NCBI RefSeq assembly: GCF_001194135.2
Contig: NC_068990.1
Location: forward strand, 16,906,870 to 16,960,607
Length of the DNA: 53,738 bases
Source of the DNA: Octopus bimaculoides
Lineage: Eukaryota
Direction of reading: 5' to 3'
Part shown: positions 38,388 to 50,139 of the stretch, piece after piece
Numbering within the stretch: the stretch's first letter is position 1
Layout of the letters: each line of letters begins with the position of its first letter
Notes under the pieces: generated by a model
What the model saw: only the letters and a program-made list of their open reading frames with translations
Database searches by the model: none
Told to the model about the DNA's origin: nothing
Program-made: the position numbers and the translations under genes

Positions 38388-38558
38388 AAAAGCACCCACT
38401 ACACTCTCTGAGTGGTTGGCGTTAGGAAGGGCATCCAGCTGTAGAAACTCTGCCAAATCAGACTGGAGCCTGGTGTTGCCATCCGGTTTCACCAGTCCTC
38501 AGTCAAATCGTCCAACCCATGCTAGCATGGAAAGCGGACGTTAAACGATGATGATGAT
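38388..38558 (+). mobile_element. 3' end of the same young RTE family
   Basis: Identical to 33434-33604 except for one base (33506 g versus 38460 a); preceded by gap 37451-38387. Confidence 0.9.
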
Positions 38559-38561
38559 ATG

Positions 38562-38592
<31 letters not shown>

Positions 38593-39688
38593 ATAACTTT
38601 TATAAGTATTATTCTAAAAGAAATATTCTAAAAGAATATATAACTGAACTTATGTTGAGTGGATGTATGTCTTTCAAAATATTAAATATTGATTTCCTGA
38701 GTATATATTATTGATGAGTTTATGAATTTATTAATAATATAAAAACACATATATACACATATATATACACATATATATATATACGTACATTCATACACAC
38801 ACAAACAGCCTTTGTCCTTCTTCTTCTCTCTCACACATATTTTGTAATTCCATACCCTCCCCCCCACACACACATAATATCATTCACACTTTATGTACAC
38901 ATGCTCAGAATTATGCAAGAAATGCAAATCCTGAAAATAATCTTCCAGACTTCTTGAGTGGGGGGGGGGTCGCAATATTCCAGTCAGAGTATCAACCCAG
39001 ACAAGAATCCAATCAGTTGTAAGACAGACATTATATCATGTGTTGCAAATGATACAGTTACACATAGTGAGATATCTATATATTGATAACAAATAGAGAC
39101 ATTTCAGGGACCAGGCAGTGGGGGTGGTTAGGGAAGGGAGAGAGGGAGGGAGGAGCAGTGAACCCTCCTGACAGATTTAATATAGTAAATCCCACCCACC
39201 ACACGTACAAAACTTTAATTGAATATACAATTGGAGGAGGAGGTATGGTTGTGTGGTTAACAAGCTTGTTGTGTAATCATGTGGTTTCAGGTTCAGTCCC
39301 ACTGTGTGGCACCTCAGGCAAGTGTTTTCTACTATAGCTCTGGGCCAACCACTGCCTTGGGAGCAACTTTAATAGACAGAAATTGTGTAAAAACCCATTG
39401 TGTGTGCGTGTGTGCATGCATGTGCACATGTATGTGTGTGTGTGTGTGTGGTTATTTAGTTTTATTTCAAGATTTCTTGCCAATAGAGAAAGAGCTGGTT
39501 TCTACCAAAATCTAAGGCTCCTTAATTAGAATTTCCAAAACTTCAACAGGATAATTTTGTATGTATATATGTATACATACAAATTTGCATGTTTTGTATT
39601 ATGTATGCCTTCTCATGTATATACTTGCATATCTGGGCATGATGTATGCATGTGTGTGTGTGTATGTGTTTGTATGTGTGCATGCATG

Positions 39689-39719
<31 letters not shown>

Positions 39720-40062
39720 GTAAGTATGTATGTATGTATGTATGTAGATAGGGTTATAATCCAAGATGTGTCCTCTTGAAGCCAGTCTGCATATTCCAAT
39801 GCTCCAAAGTTGTATGTAGATGTTATAATTGTGTGAGGCTTGCATAAGGGTTGAAAAATACTGGAAAATAGCTTTTTCAGAGTAATGACATATCAAAACA
39901 CGAGAAATGGAGAATACCAAAGAAATTGTTCCAATCTCCTGTTTAGATTCAACAGGAGATTCAATTTTCTCCCACACTTAAGGTTGTTGAAATCGTAACA
40001 CTTAAATTTATCTCATTATGTTAAATAATTTGATTATGTCTACTATTTTATTACTAAAACAC

Positions 40063-40720
40063 TTATGGGCTTCCGTTGCATATACTGTCTATCCAGGGCG
40101 TAACAATTATTTCCAGGGTCTCAATGTAGGCAGCAGAGTTAACTCTAAGGATTTGTGGAAAGAAGTAAGGAGGCATCACATCTCCTTCATTGCTGACAAC
40201 CCCTAAAACCATGACAGTTGCAGCAAATTTTGTATGCATAACACTTGGAACTTCAGAAAGGTCTGCACATAACCATCTGTCATTTCTTCTGTTAACCTTT
40301 TGATCTTGGTTGAAGTTTTTCTCATTTGAGAAAAACCAAATCAAATCTTCTTCTGGATTTTTCAGTTTGTTTAAGAGCCTTTTAGATCTGATGTAGTGAT
40401 TTTCTTTTGCTTTTTCGGACAAATTGACCTTTCCTCATCACATAAGACTTATATCTGATGTTCTTGTGGACAACATTTCTGACTGTTCCTTCTGACACAT
40501 GGAGATCTTTTGCAATTGACCTCATGGACTTTCTGAGATTGTAATCAATGGTCTGTTGAACTTGCTGGATAAACTCAAGTGTTCTGATGATTTTAGAGCG
40601 TTTAGAATACTTTTTATGCTTTGATACTGGTGATATGTTTCCCTCTTCAGTCTCTAGCTCTTTACAAACTTTGTAGATGAAAGATCTGGCAACTTTTAAA
40701 AATCGAGATATTTCTAAGTT
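40063..40720 (-). mobile_element. Tc1/mariner transposase pseudogene fragment, maT (DD37D)-like
   Basis: HTH region KSMRSIAKDLHVSEGTVRNVVH...KSYVMRKGQF, frameshift near 40420, then IWFFSNEKNF...NRRNDRW...TKFAATVMVLGVVSNEGDVMPPYFF...YIETLEIIVTPW. Truncated at both ends; no TIRs seen. Confidence 0.85.
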
Positions 40721-41494
40721 GATTACATTGACCCCAGTGCATAACTGGTACTTATTTAAACAACCCCGAAAGAATGAAAGGCAAGCTTGACCTTTATAAC
40801 CACAATAGCAGCTTGCCTCTTCATTTCTTGAGTAAGCTGAGGGTCTACCATTATTATTTTCTGAAACAAATATTATACAGAGTGAGCAAAAAATGCAGCA
40901 ATGACCCAAAAATGGTATGTCCTCAAATACCTTATGCACCCCCCCCCCAACACAAGACAGGCTTCCAGAGTTTCCATTCACAAGGCATTGGTCAGTTCAG
41001 GGCTACAGCAGAAGACACTTGCCCAAGGTGTTGCACAGTGGTACTGAACTCAAAACCACATGGTTGCAAAGCAAGCTTCTTAACCACGCAGCCACGCCTG
41101 TACCCAACTTTGGTTTTTCTATTTCCCTCTTAATCATAACTATTCTCTACACAACAGTATCATGCTGCTAGCACGATGTTATAAACAGTGTGTATCAAAA
41201 AGATATTGTTTTTATGAGTTGGCATCTCTGGGAGTTAATGGTGTCAAAGTTTATCAGAGGGAGAGCTAATCTTAGGCCAGATATTATGAAGGCTTTGAAA
41301 GATTTCCCAAATGCTTTTTATGTTTGTTTGTACAGAGGTCAAAAAGATCAGCCCTTTAACTTTCACATATTCGGATAAAAATCGCATTTTATTTTTTCCT
41401 GGGTGGGGGAGGTGAGTTAACACTCTGCCTTGTATCAATTAGAAGAAGCATTTTAGTATTCTCAGTTATGAGACTATATATCTATTTCTTTATT

Positions 41495-41905
41495 GCCCAC
41501 CCCAGTGCGTAACTGGTACTTATTTAATCGATGCTGAAAGGATGAAAGGCAAAGTCAACCTTGGCGGAACTTTGAACTCAGAACGTAACAGCAGATGAAA
41601 TACCGCTAACTATTTCGCCCGGCATGCTAACAATTCTTATTTCTTTATTGCCCACAGGGGGCTAAACATAGAGGGGACAAATAAGGACAAACAAATGGGT
41701 TAAGTCGATTACATCGACCCCAGTGCATAACTGGTACTTAATTTATTGACTCCGAAAGGATGAAAGGCAAAGTCGACGTCAGTGGAATTTGAACTCAGAG
41801 CATAACGGCAGACGAAATACTGCTAAGCATTTCGCCTGGCATGCTAACGATTCTGCCAACTCGTCACCTTAATGGCATTCTAATGATTCTGCCAACTCGC
41901 TGCCT
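41495..41905 (-). mobile_element. Tandem family D SINEs, CpG-rich, with partial head duplication
   Basis: Copies at 41495-41635 and 41637-41870, plus a repeated head segment at 41872-41905. Confidence 0.8.
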
Positions 41906-41919
41906 TTTATGAGACTATA

Positions 41920-42387
41920 TCATCACAACTTCAATGTCGGCTTTACCTTGCTTGCATGGATTAGATGGAGTTTGTTGAGACAGATCTATGGTTAGGTGCC
42001 CCATTCCTATCACCAATCCTCTCGTGCTTCCAAACAAGATAATATGGTCAGACATGTTTTCATGGAAGACTGAAAATGTACAACTTTGTTTGTATGGCTG
42101 TGACACTTGTTTACAACAATCATGTGAAGTCAAGACAAGGATAGAACCCGCCACACACACAGAAACTGAAAGAAGCCTATTGTATATGTGTGTGTGTGTG
42201 TGTGTATAGACACACACACACACTCATACACATATACGATAGGCTTCTTTCAGTTTCTGTCTACCAAACCCACTCAAAAGGATTTGACTGGACTAGGGCT
42301 ATTGTAGACAACACTTGTCCAAGGTGCTGTGCAGTGGGACTGAACCAGGGATCATATAGTTGGATAGCAAACTTCTTAACCACACAG

Positions 42388-42390
<3 letters not shown>
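41920..42390 (-). mobile_element. SINE family A head, hinge and tail module F
   Basis: Head 42390-42235, TG hinge containing a short inverted A fragment, F tail 42150-41920. Confidence 0.65.
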
Positions 42391-42430
<40 letters not shown>

Positions 42431-42482
42431 ACACACATATGTATATGTATGTATGTAATCACACATATACATATGTAATATA

Positions 42483-42703
42483 CAGTAATCCCTCGACTAT
42501 CGTGAGTATGATGCTCCAAAACCTCCCACAGAAATAATTAAAATCTAAAAACATATACCTATTGGCTGCAGAAACCCACAAAATACTGAGGGACCCACAA
42601 TATACTGAAGGCTCCATAATATAAATTTACATATATTAACCAAAAAAATCTACGATGTACTGAGTGCACCATAGGTGAACCACAATATGGTGAGGAATTA
42701 CTA
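42483..42703. mobile_element. Tigger/pogo-type MITE, 221 bp, TA TSD
   Basis: ta|cagtaatccctcgactatcgtg ... cacaatatggtgaggaattacta|ta: imperfect TIRs of about 22 bp. Confidence 0.7.
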
Positions 42704-43125
42704 TATACACAAACACACATATACACACAAACACAGATACATGAGTGATGGCATGTATGCATGTGTAAGTGTGCATATGTGAATGTAACACTAACGCTAA
42801 AAAGAAATGAAGAAATGTAGAGCATATAAACTTGTTAAAAAAAAAAAAGCTCAATTTCCTTTCTCTTTTCTCCTCCGTCAGCACGATGAGATTGCGTATA
42901 CATCCAGTCATGACTTTATCAAGGATATTTGAAATGTAAGTTAAGTGAAATTAACTAGAACTAGTAATTGAGATTCTAGATTACAGAACCAGCCTTTAGG
43001 AATCTTATTTCTATTTTGAAAACAAACAAGTAAGATAGCAGGCAACAACATCTGTGGTGTAGTAGTTTGTATTCCATAACATTGAGTTCTTCTTGGAAAC
43101 ATTTCTCCTGGAATTGATTAACATA

Positions 43126-43344
43126 TGAGGGGGGTGCTGAAACGTTCTTGACTTTAAGGGTATCACGAAAGGCCTAGTTGGAGGTCCAACCTTCCAAATT
43201 CTTTTACAAGGCTTAGAAAACCTGAAGGATTGCTGCAATAAGTGTGTGAATCTGAGAGGAGAGTATGTTGAATAAAATCATAATTAACTGATCCTCCTGT
43301 ATTTTCTTTTACCCGAAAGCCCAGAACTTTTCAACACCCCCTTA
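43126..43344 (+). mobile_element. Internally deleted mariner element (MITE), 219 bp, TA TSD
   Basis: ta|tgaggggggtgctgaaacgttcttgacttt ... aaagcccagaacttttcaacaccccctta|ta. The interior encodes KCVNLRGEYVE*, the mariner transposase C-terminus. Confidence 0.8.
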
Positions 43345-43544
43345 TATTAAATACCAAAACATAGTGTTCTAGCATTAAAGAGTCTGGACAAAGTAAACAA
43401 TCACTCTCGTCCCCCACACCCATCATAGTCCCTGTATCCAGTGGTGGTGGTGGTGAATGGTGCTTGGAACACAAGTGAAAGTACGTAAGTGTAGATGAGT
43501 GTACATAAGTTTGGAACATAAGTGTTTGGAACATAGTAAGTGTA

Positions 43545-43735
43545 CTTGAGACTGTCCTTGGTTTTATGATACTAACTGCTTCTTAAAATTAAAAGCTTAC
43601 ATCAAAATTTCATGTTAATTTATGTTCCAAACACCAACTTAATAATGATAGTTATTTTACTAAGTCCTTCATTATTTTCAGAATTAATTCAAACAAAGTT
43701 AATGCCAAAGAAATATGGTAAGAAAAGAGTTAAGA
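43545..43735. mobile_element. Truncated TTAA-ended MITE of the same family as 50631-51245
   Basis: Its reverse complement aligns with both halves of the split element at 50631-50742 and 51145-51245; ends aaagagttaa. Confidence 0.65.
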
Positions 43736-44516
43736 GACTTTTGCATCCCATATTTTGTACACTAGTTTCTGTTCTGTCCTGATTTGAATCAAGGATTACA
43801 TTCCAGACTTTACCAAACAATACTGAATGAGATTTAATGAGGATTCCAGTGAAACCCAATCACTGGATATGTCTGTAGCAGTACAGCCATTGTACTTGAA
43901 TTCAATCAAGTAACAGGGCTCATGCACATCTTATTTGGTTGTCAACTATAAAAGGTCAAAGAGTGAATCAACTCTTCTGTCAGACAGTTATCAGACTTCA
44001 AAACCATTGAAAAGCCTTCCTTGTTTATAATGTAAAATTAGTCCACCGACATTATCACCATCATCGTCATCATCATTATCTCAAATATCATCATCAACAT
44101 TGTTATTATCATCATCGTTGTTGTTGTCTTTGCAGCCACCATCATCATTGAAACAATCATTATCCCTGTGTTAGCATCTACTTTTTCATGTTTTCATGAA
44201 TCAGATGAGATTCACTGAGATTGATTTGCTAAGGCTGGGTGCCTTTTCTGTTGCCAACCCTCCCCTGTTTCCAAGCAAGATAATATTTCTTTCTAATCCA
44301 GACATGTTTTCATAGAAGATTTCAAACAAATGTCACTGCTTGTAGGACGGTGATGTTTGTTTACAAGCAGCTTTCTTCTCAGATGCCATCAATCAAATTC
44401 TCTCACAAGGCTTTGGTCAACCTGAGGCTAAAGCAGAAGACACTCATCCAAAATGCTGTATGGTGGGACTGAACAAGAAACCACCATTGCTGACTTTGCC
44501 TCTTACTAATGGTGAT

Positions 44517-44631
44517 GCATGCAACATCTAGGTTTCCCAAGCAACCATCCAACTAAGTATTAAGGCTTGATGCTGCTTAACTTCAGTGACCAGGCAAGAA
44601 TAGGGGCTTCTATTGTGCTCTCACCATAAGC
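44517..44631 (-). pseudogene. Decayed 5S rRNA copy (or 5S-derived SINE head)
   Basis: gcttatggtgagagcacaatagaagcccctattcttgcctggtcactgaagttaagcagcatcaagcc...ttggatggttgcttgggaaacctagatgttgcatgc is colinear with metazoan 5S (GTTCTCGTCCGATCACCGAAGTTAAGCA...CTTGGATGG...CCTGGGAATAC). Box A is retained and many differences are CpG-type transitions. Confidence 0.75.
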
Positions 44632-45058
44632 TGTATATATATATAAATGAAGTACAAGGAAAGGAAAAAATTTGTAAGTGTAGACGAACTTTAATTCAAT
44701 TCAAATCCAAGTTGGTAAAGATATACATTCTACAAATTGTTTTGGAGTCTAATTCATTCCAAAGACGAAAAACTCTTCATGAAATACCAATTAGATTCCT
44801 CATCAGGAATTACATACTAGTATGAATGATGACGACCAACAAAAATATACAAAGACCTTTCGTAGCCCAGACATGAACAAATAAATGAAAGATAACAAGA
44901 ACGCCAGACATTCAAAACTAGAAAAAAAATATATATATATATATATATNNNNNNNNNNNNNNNNNNNNNNNNNNNNNNNNNNNNNNNNNNNNNNNNNNNN
45001 NNNNNNNNNNNNNNNNNNNNNTAATATGATAAAATTAAACGAAAATAAAAATAAATAT

Positions 45059-45216
45059 AAATTTTAATTTAGCAGAAAATGGAGAAATTTTGATCAACAA
45101 CAATTGACAAACATTGATTATTATTTTTTAATACAAAACCTTATTAAAAAATAATAATCGATGTTAGTCAGTTGATGTTGATCAAGATTTCTCCATTTTC
45201 TGCTTAATTTAAATTT
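45059..45216. repeat. Long inverted repeat: 75-bp arms, 8-nt loop
   Basis: Arms 45059-45133 and 45142-45216, 7 mismatches, no gaps. Confidence 0.95.
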
Positions 45217-45489
45217 GATTCCTGATAAACCCTTGTTTATCTTTGTCCATTGCCTGTATCCTATGGGCATAATATGCTTGCATATGTATACTCAAGGTTA
45301 ACATAAGTAATTTATACTGGTAGTAAAAACGGATATTCTTATCCCTTAGTTATTCCAACCACTAACTCTCCTAACCTTATATATATATATATGTAAATTT
45401 ATATAAATAAGCATAAGATCGTTATTTAAAATACCGATCATATCAAGTGGCTAGCATAGGAATAAAACTTCATAGGTAATAATTATTAT

Positions 45490-45658
45490 TAAAATTATAA
45501 TTAAGGCTATCTAAAAGATATCATCATGCTAGATATAACAATCAAAACTTGACTCTAAAACCACAACTCTCCTAGTGCTGTTTGAATATTTGATGTGGTT
45601 TAGAGTGAAGTTTTGATTGCTATATCTAGCATGATGGTATCTTTTAGATACCCTTAAT

Positions 45659-45668
<10 letters not shown>
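45490..45668. repeat. Long inverted repeat: 76/75-bp arms, 28-nt loop (possible foldback MITE)
   Basis: Arms 45490-45565 and 45594-45668, 4 mismatches and 1 indel; inner part flanked ttaa|ggctatc...gataccc|ttaa. Confidence 0.95.
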
Positions 45669-45724
<56 letters not shown>

Positions 45725-46786
45725 TTTAAAAGAAGAAAATGGAGATTGGGAAGTTAATAATTGTTTGTTATTAACAGCAAACTGGTCATCTTCAGGCTTG
45801 TTAGTAGATTTGGCAGACAGAAACTGGAAGAAGCCTGTTGTATGTATGTATATGTGTGCATGTGCGTATGCATGTGTATGTAGTGTGTGCATGTGTGAGA
45901 GTGTGTGTGTCTGTGTGTGCATGTACGTGTGTGTGTGTGTGTGCGTGTGCGTGTGTGTGTCTGTTTGTTTGTGTGTCTGTTTGTTTGTCTATCTGTCTGT
46001 CTCATTGATATGACATCAAGATAGTCGCAAAAGAGCACCACTGTACCACAAGTGGAGTGATTCATTTCCAAACAACATTTCCTTGCTTGGCAACAGGTCA
46101 GGGTTGAGAACAGGAATAACACCTTGGTTGTAGAAAATCTACCTCAATGAATTCCATCTGACCAATGCAAGCCTGGAGCAACATGAAATAAAATGTTTTG
46201 TTCAATAACACAACATACCACCAGACCTGGGGATTGAAACCACAAGCCTGTGATCATAAGTGCAATATTTCCTTGCAAGCCTGGAAAAGTGGACACTAAA
46301 ACAATGAGGAATGATCAGCCTTTCTGTTCTCCTTTCTTAGTTCCTCATCCACCCCTCCCCACCCTTCCCCTTTCACATAATCCAAGACTGCAACTTCAGC
46401 TCCATTACAGCTTTCATTATTGATATTCCCTTGCTTATGAAGGTTGCCATCTCCTCTAAGTTGACATATCTTTCCTTGGGTGGTTGCCATCTTCTCAATC
46501 ACATACTAGCTCCAAACACCCAGTCAGTAGCAAACCAAGTTCCCATCTGTTATGATTTGCATGAAGACGTTTGTTCCGGTATTTTCCAAAATAAATTGCT
46601 ATCTTAATTTGGCAGGTTTTCTTCTTTTTTCTTGCTCTCTCTTTTCCTTTCTGTGTTTTGTAACTTATAAAAAAAAAAAAATAATCCTTATCCACTGTCT
46701 CATAAACGGTAATATCTGTTAAATAACAGGTTTTTACACTAGCACAAGAACAGAAATTTTCTTTGGTGGAGGAAATGGTCAATTAA

Positions 46787-47006
46787 CCCTTTAGCATTCA
46801 GATTAAGCTATAAAATGTAATGCTTGTTTATCCATATTTTTTAAGATTAATCATGTAGTATCTCGTAGCTTCAAGATTTTGAAGATGTGATTGTTTATTT
46901 TTAGAAATACTTTGTAGGGTAGATGTGAGAGGCTGGATCTGGTCAGTTTTAACATAAAATAAATAGAATATTTGGGCCAGATATGGCCAGTTTAAATGCT
47001 AAAGGG
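46787..47006. mobile_element. piggyBac-type MITE, 220 bp, TTAA TSD
   Basis: ttaa|ccctttagcatt ... aatgctaaaggg|ttaa: perfect 12-bp TIRs with CCC/GGG ends. Confidence 0.85.
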
Positions 47007-50000
47007 TTAAATCAGCCCCCATTCATGACTAGTATTTATTTTACCAACTCCATAAAGATGAAATGAAGGTGCATGACCAAGTGGTTAAAGTGTTGCACTC
47101 CTGATCGTAGGGTTGTGGAGGAGGAGGAGGAGGAGAGGAAATTTGAGCTTAGGACAACTAATTATTACTAATCATTTAATCAGACCCAACTCCTTAGTTC
47201 CTGTCCTTTTAATTACCATTTATAATGATGAGTCCTTACATTAATACAGGGGCCACACATTTATACAGAGAAAGTTGAGGGTTCATAGTTGATTCCATCA
47301 ACACTCATATATTTTACTGGTATTTATTTTATGAAGTCCTGAAGAGATGAATGGCAAAACTGACCTCAAGTGGGATTTGAACATAAAGGGCCCAATTAAA
47401 TACTACAAGACATATACACCAACATTCTACTGATTCTATACAACACCACCACCACCACCACCACCACAGCTACAACTACTACAATCAACAAGTATCTAAG
47501 GTAAAAATAAAAGAAAAAGAAAAATGCTACAATATATAAAATATATAAAATAATGAAGTGTTTCTTTCCCATAAATATTTAAAACAGATGGCAGATTTCA
47601 ATGTGTTGAATTCTATGTACCCAAGTTGTTTTTACCGATTCTTTATATTCCTGCTGCTTCCAGTAAAACAGAAAAGTTAGTTCTTAGACTGGAATGTGTG
47701 AAGATTCAAATGTATGTTAGTCATGTATTTGCCAATCCTAAGCAAAAAAGGATTTTCACAAGAAACATGATATGAAGCTACTTTTATGATAATAAAGAGG
47801 TAACTATAGTGACTAATGACTTTTCTTCTACGTAAAATAAATCATCATAATCATCATCACCATTTAATGTCCATGTCCAGTTCTGGCCTGGGTTGGATAG
47901 TTTGAAAAGATCTGAAGGGTCCAAGAACTGTATCATGCTTCAGTGCCTGCTCTGGCATTGTTTCTATGGTTTGATATCCTTCCTAATGCCAACCACTTCA
48001 CAGAGTACTATGTGCTCTTTTTCTTGTGGCACCAGCACTGGTGAAGTTACTTTGTAACTTGCAAGGATAAGGCCCTCTTCAACATGAGAGTGGGAGGTAG
48101 CTTCATGGTGGGAGATGTGGGGTTAAAGTATGAAAGAAGGGACTAGAACAGAACCAGTTTTTTGCTGTTGAGGAGTGACATGGCTTCTCAGCTTCTAGAA
48201 AGGAGGATGTGAGTGCCATTGGCAAGGGAGATAAAATAGTGGTGATGGGGTATCAGGGTGGCACCTCAAGGTGCAAGGTGAACAGAAGCGTGTAGGCGCA
48301 GGAGAACAGGAAGTGTTAGTGGGTGGGGTGGGGGCAGAGTTTGCAGAAGTGAATGGGAGAGTGAGAGAAGATTGGAAACAGGGAGTAGGTGTGAGAGTGA
48401 ATATAAGGAAGAAAACTATTGAGGGGGTGATAAGTATGGGAGGTAGAGAAAAAAGGGAGGGGTGAGAAGAGAGAAATGAAAAATGTGAATATATTTTCAT
48501 AATTTTCTTTAATTACTTTTAAAAATAAAAATCTTTTAGAATATTTTCCTGCAATCAGTAAGGAATGCACAAAACAGGTAATTCAATCACCACAACACAA
48601 TGACAACCACTGCTGCTGTTAGTTTCCATAATGAATGCTAGTTGGAAGAATGAATGTTTTTATAATTCTCTTCCATTTGGCATAATACACACATTATTTC
48701 AGAAATAACACCAAACGTAAAGAAGCCTGCCAACAAGGACATTCCTTATAAGTTACTTGACTTGCTAAATAAAGCAGCCAAATTTCTTTTAAAAAATATG
48801 ATCATGTATTTTAACAAACAAACAAAAAAAAATCGGGGAACAGAAAAGATGAAGAAAATGTATTTATATTGAAAATCTTAAACAGTAGAGAAGAGAGAGA
48901 AGCAATCCACACCAGGTGATGGGATCCAACAGGTCTGACGACTGCATGGTACTCCAATGCTTGTTTTGGAATGGTTTCTATGTCTTGTTGCCCTTCCTAA
49001 TGCCAACCATTTTACAGAATGTAGTATGTGCTCTTTTTCCAGTGGCACCAGCACTGGTAATGCTATCATGTATCTTACAAGATTAAGATCTTGCTTGACA
49101 CTAGAGAAGGGTGGCACTTTTGGATCTGCTGTATAAACCTGCATAAACTAGAGGATCCAGGGTAAGGGGAACAGCAAACTCAAGGACTACTCCAGGTAGC
49201 ACACACTCTAGCTATGTCACTGATCTTAAATCTTAAAACCATGTGTTTCACAAAAATAATGAAACAAACATGGTTCCCAAACAAATGGAAGCATCATCAT
49301 CATTGTTTTGATGTCTACTTTTTCATGCATACATGGATCAGATCGACTTTACTGAAGCAGATTTTCTATGGGGCCAGATACCTTTTCATGTCACTAACCC
49401 TCACTTTTTCCAGGCAACAAAATATTTCCCCATGACCAGACATGTTTTCATATAAGGTTGACAACAAATAATCCTGTTTACAGGATTCACATTGGAGCCT
49501 GGTGCAGTTGCTGGCTCTCCAGACCTCAGTCAAACCGTTCAACCCATGCCAGCATGGAAACCAGACGTTAAATGATGATGATGATGATGATCTTTGTAAA
49601 GGGGTACCCTACATTAGATATTTTTCTTTATATATTTAACGTTATATCTTATACAATAAACTCAAGTATATAAAATACCTTTATATGAACAGCAATTACA
49701 GTTAACAAGATGCAATCTGGTTCTTTTTTTGTTGTTGCTGGTTTTTTTTTTTTTTTGTTACAGTTCATGCTTCACAGCAGCAAACAACACTTAGATAAGG
49801 TGATACATACATTGAACAAACCGATAGCAGTAACACCTATAAAAATATATCCACAAGATAAATGAAAGAATCTGTGACATAACTAGAATAGTGGAACAGA
49901 TAAAAAGCAGAAACTAGGGGACGACTTCAAATATAACACACTAACATCACAGAGATCAAAAATAAACTAAACACCTAGCAACAAAATAAAGAAATACCAA

Positions 50001-50139
50001 AAGAAATAAACAAACATAAAAGGTGGGGAAGCTGAAAACTCACAGATACTTGTTTCCAATATCAACAATAAAAAAGCTACAAACATTACATAGAGTAAAG
50101 GGCAACATCAAGAACTTTTTTCTATATTTAAGAGATGAG

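Noticed and set aside
39933-39961. Perfect 11-bp hairpin aatctcctgtt/aacaggagatt
   Set aside because: A single short stem is plausible by chance in 54 kb of AT-rich DNA, and no Helitron or terminator context is evident.
44765-44812. Second CTGATGA core with a ggaat/atttc stem on the minus strand
   Set aside because: Followed by atGAAG rather than GAAA, and no adjacent stem I partner. At most a decayed Penelope-like end; not supportable as a ribozyme.
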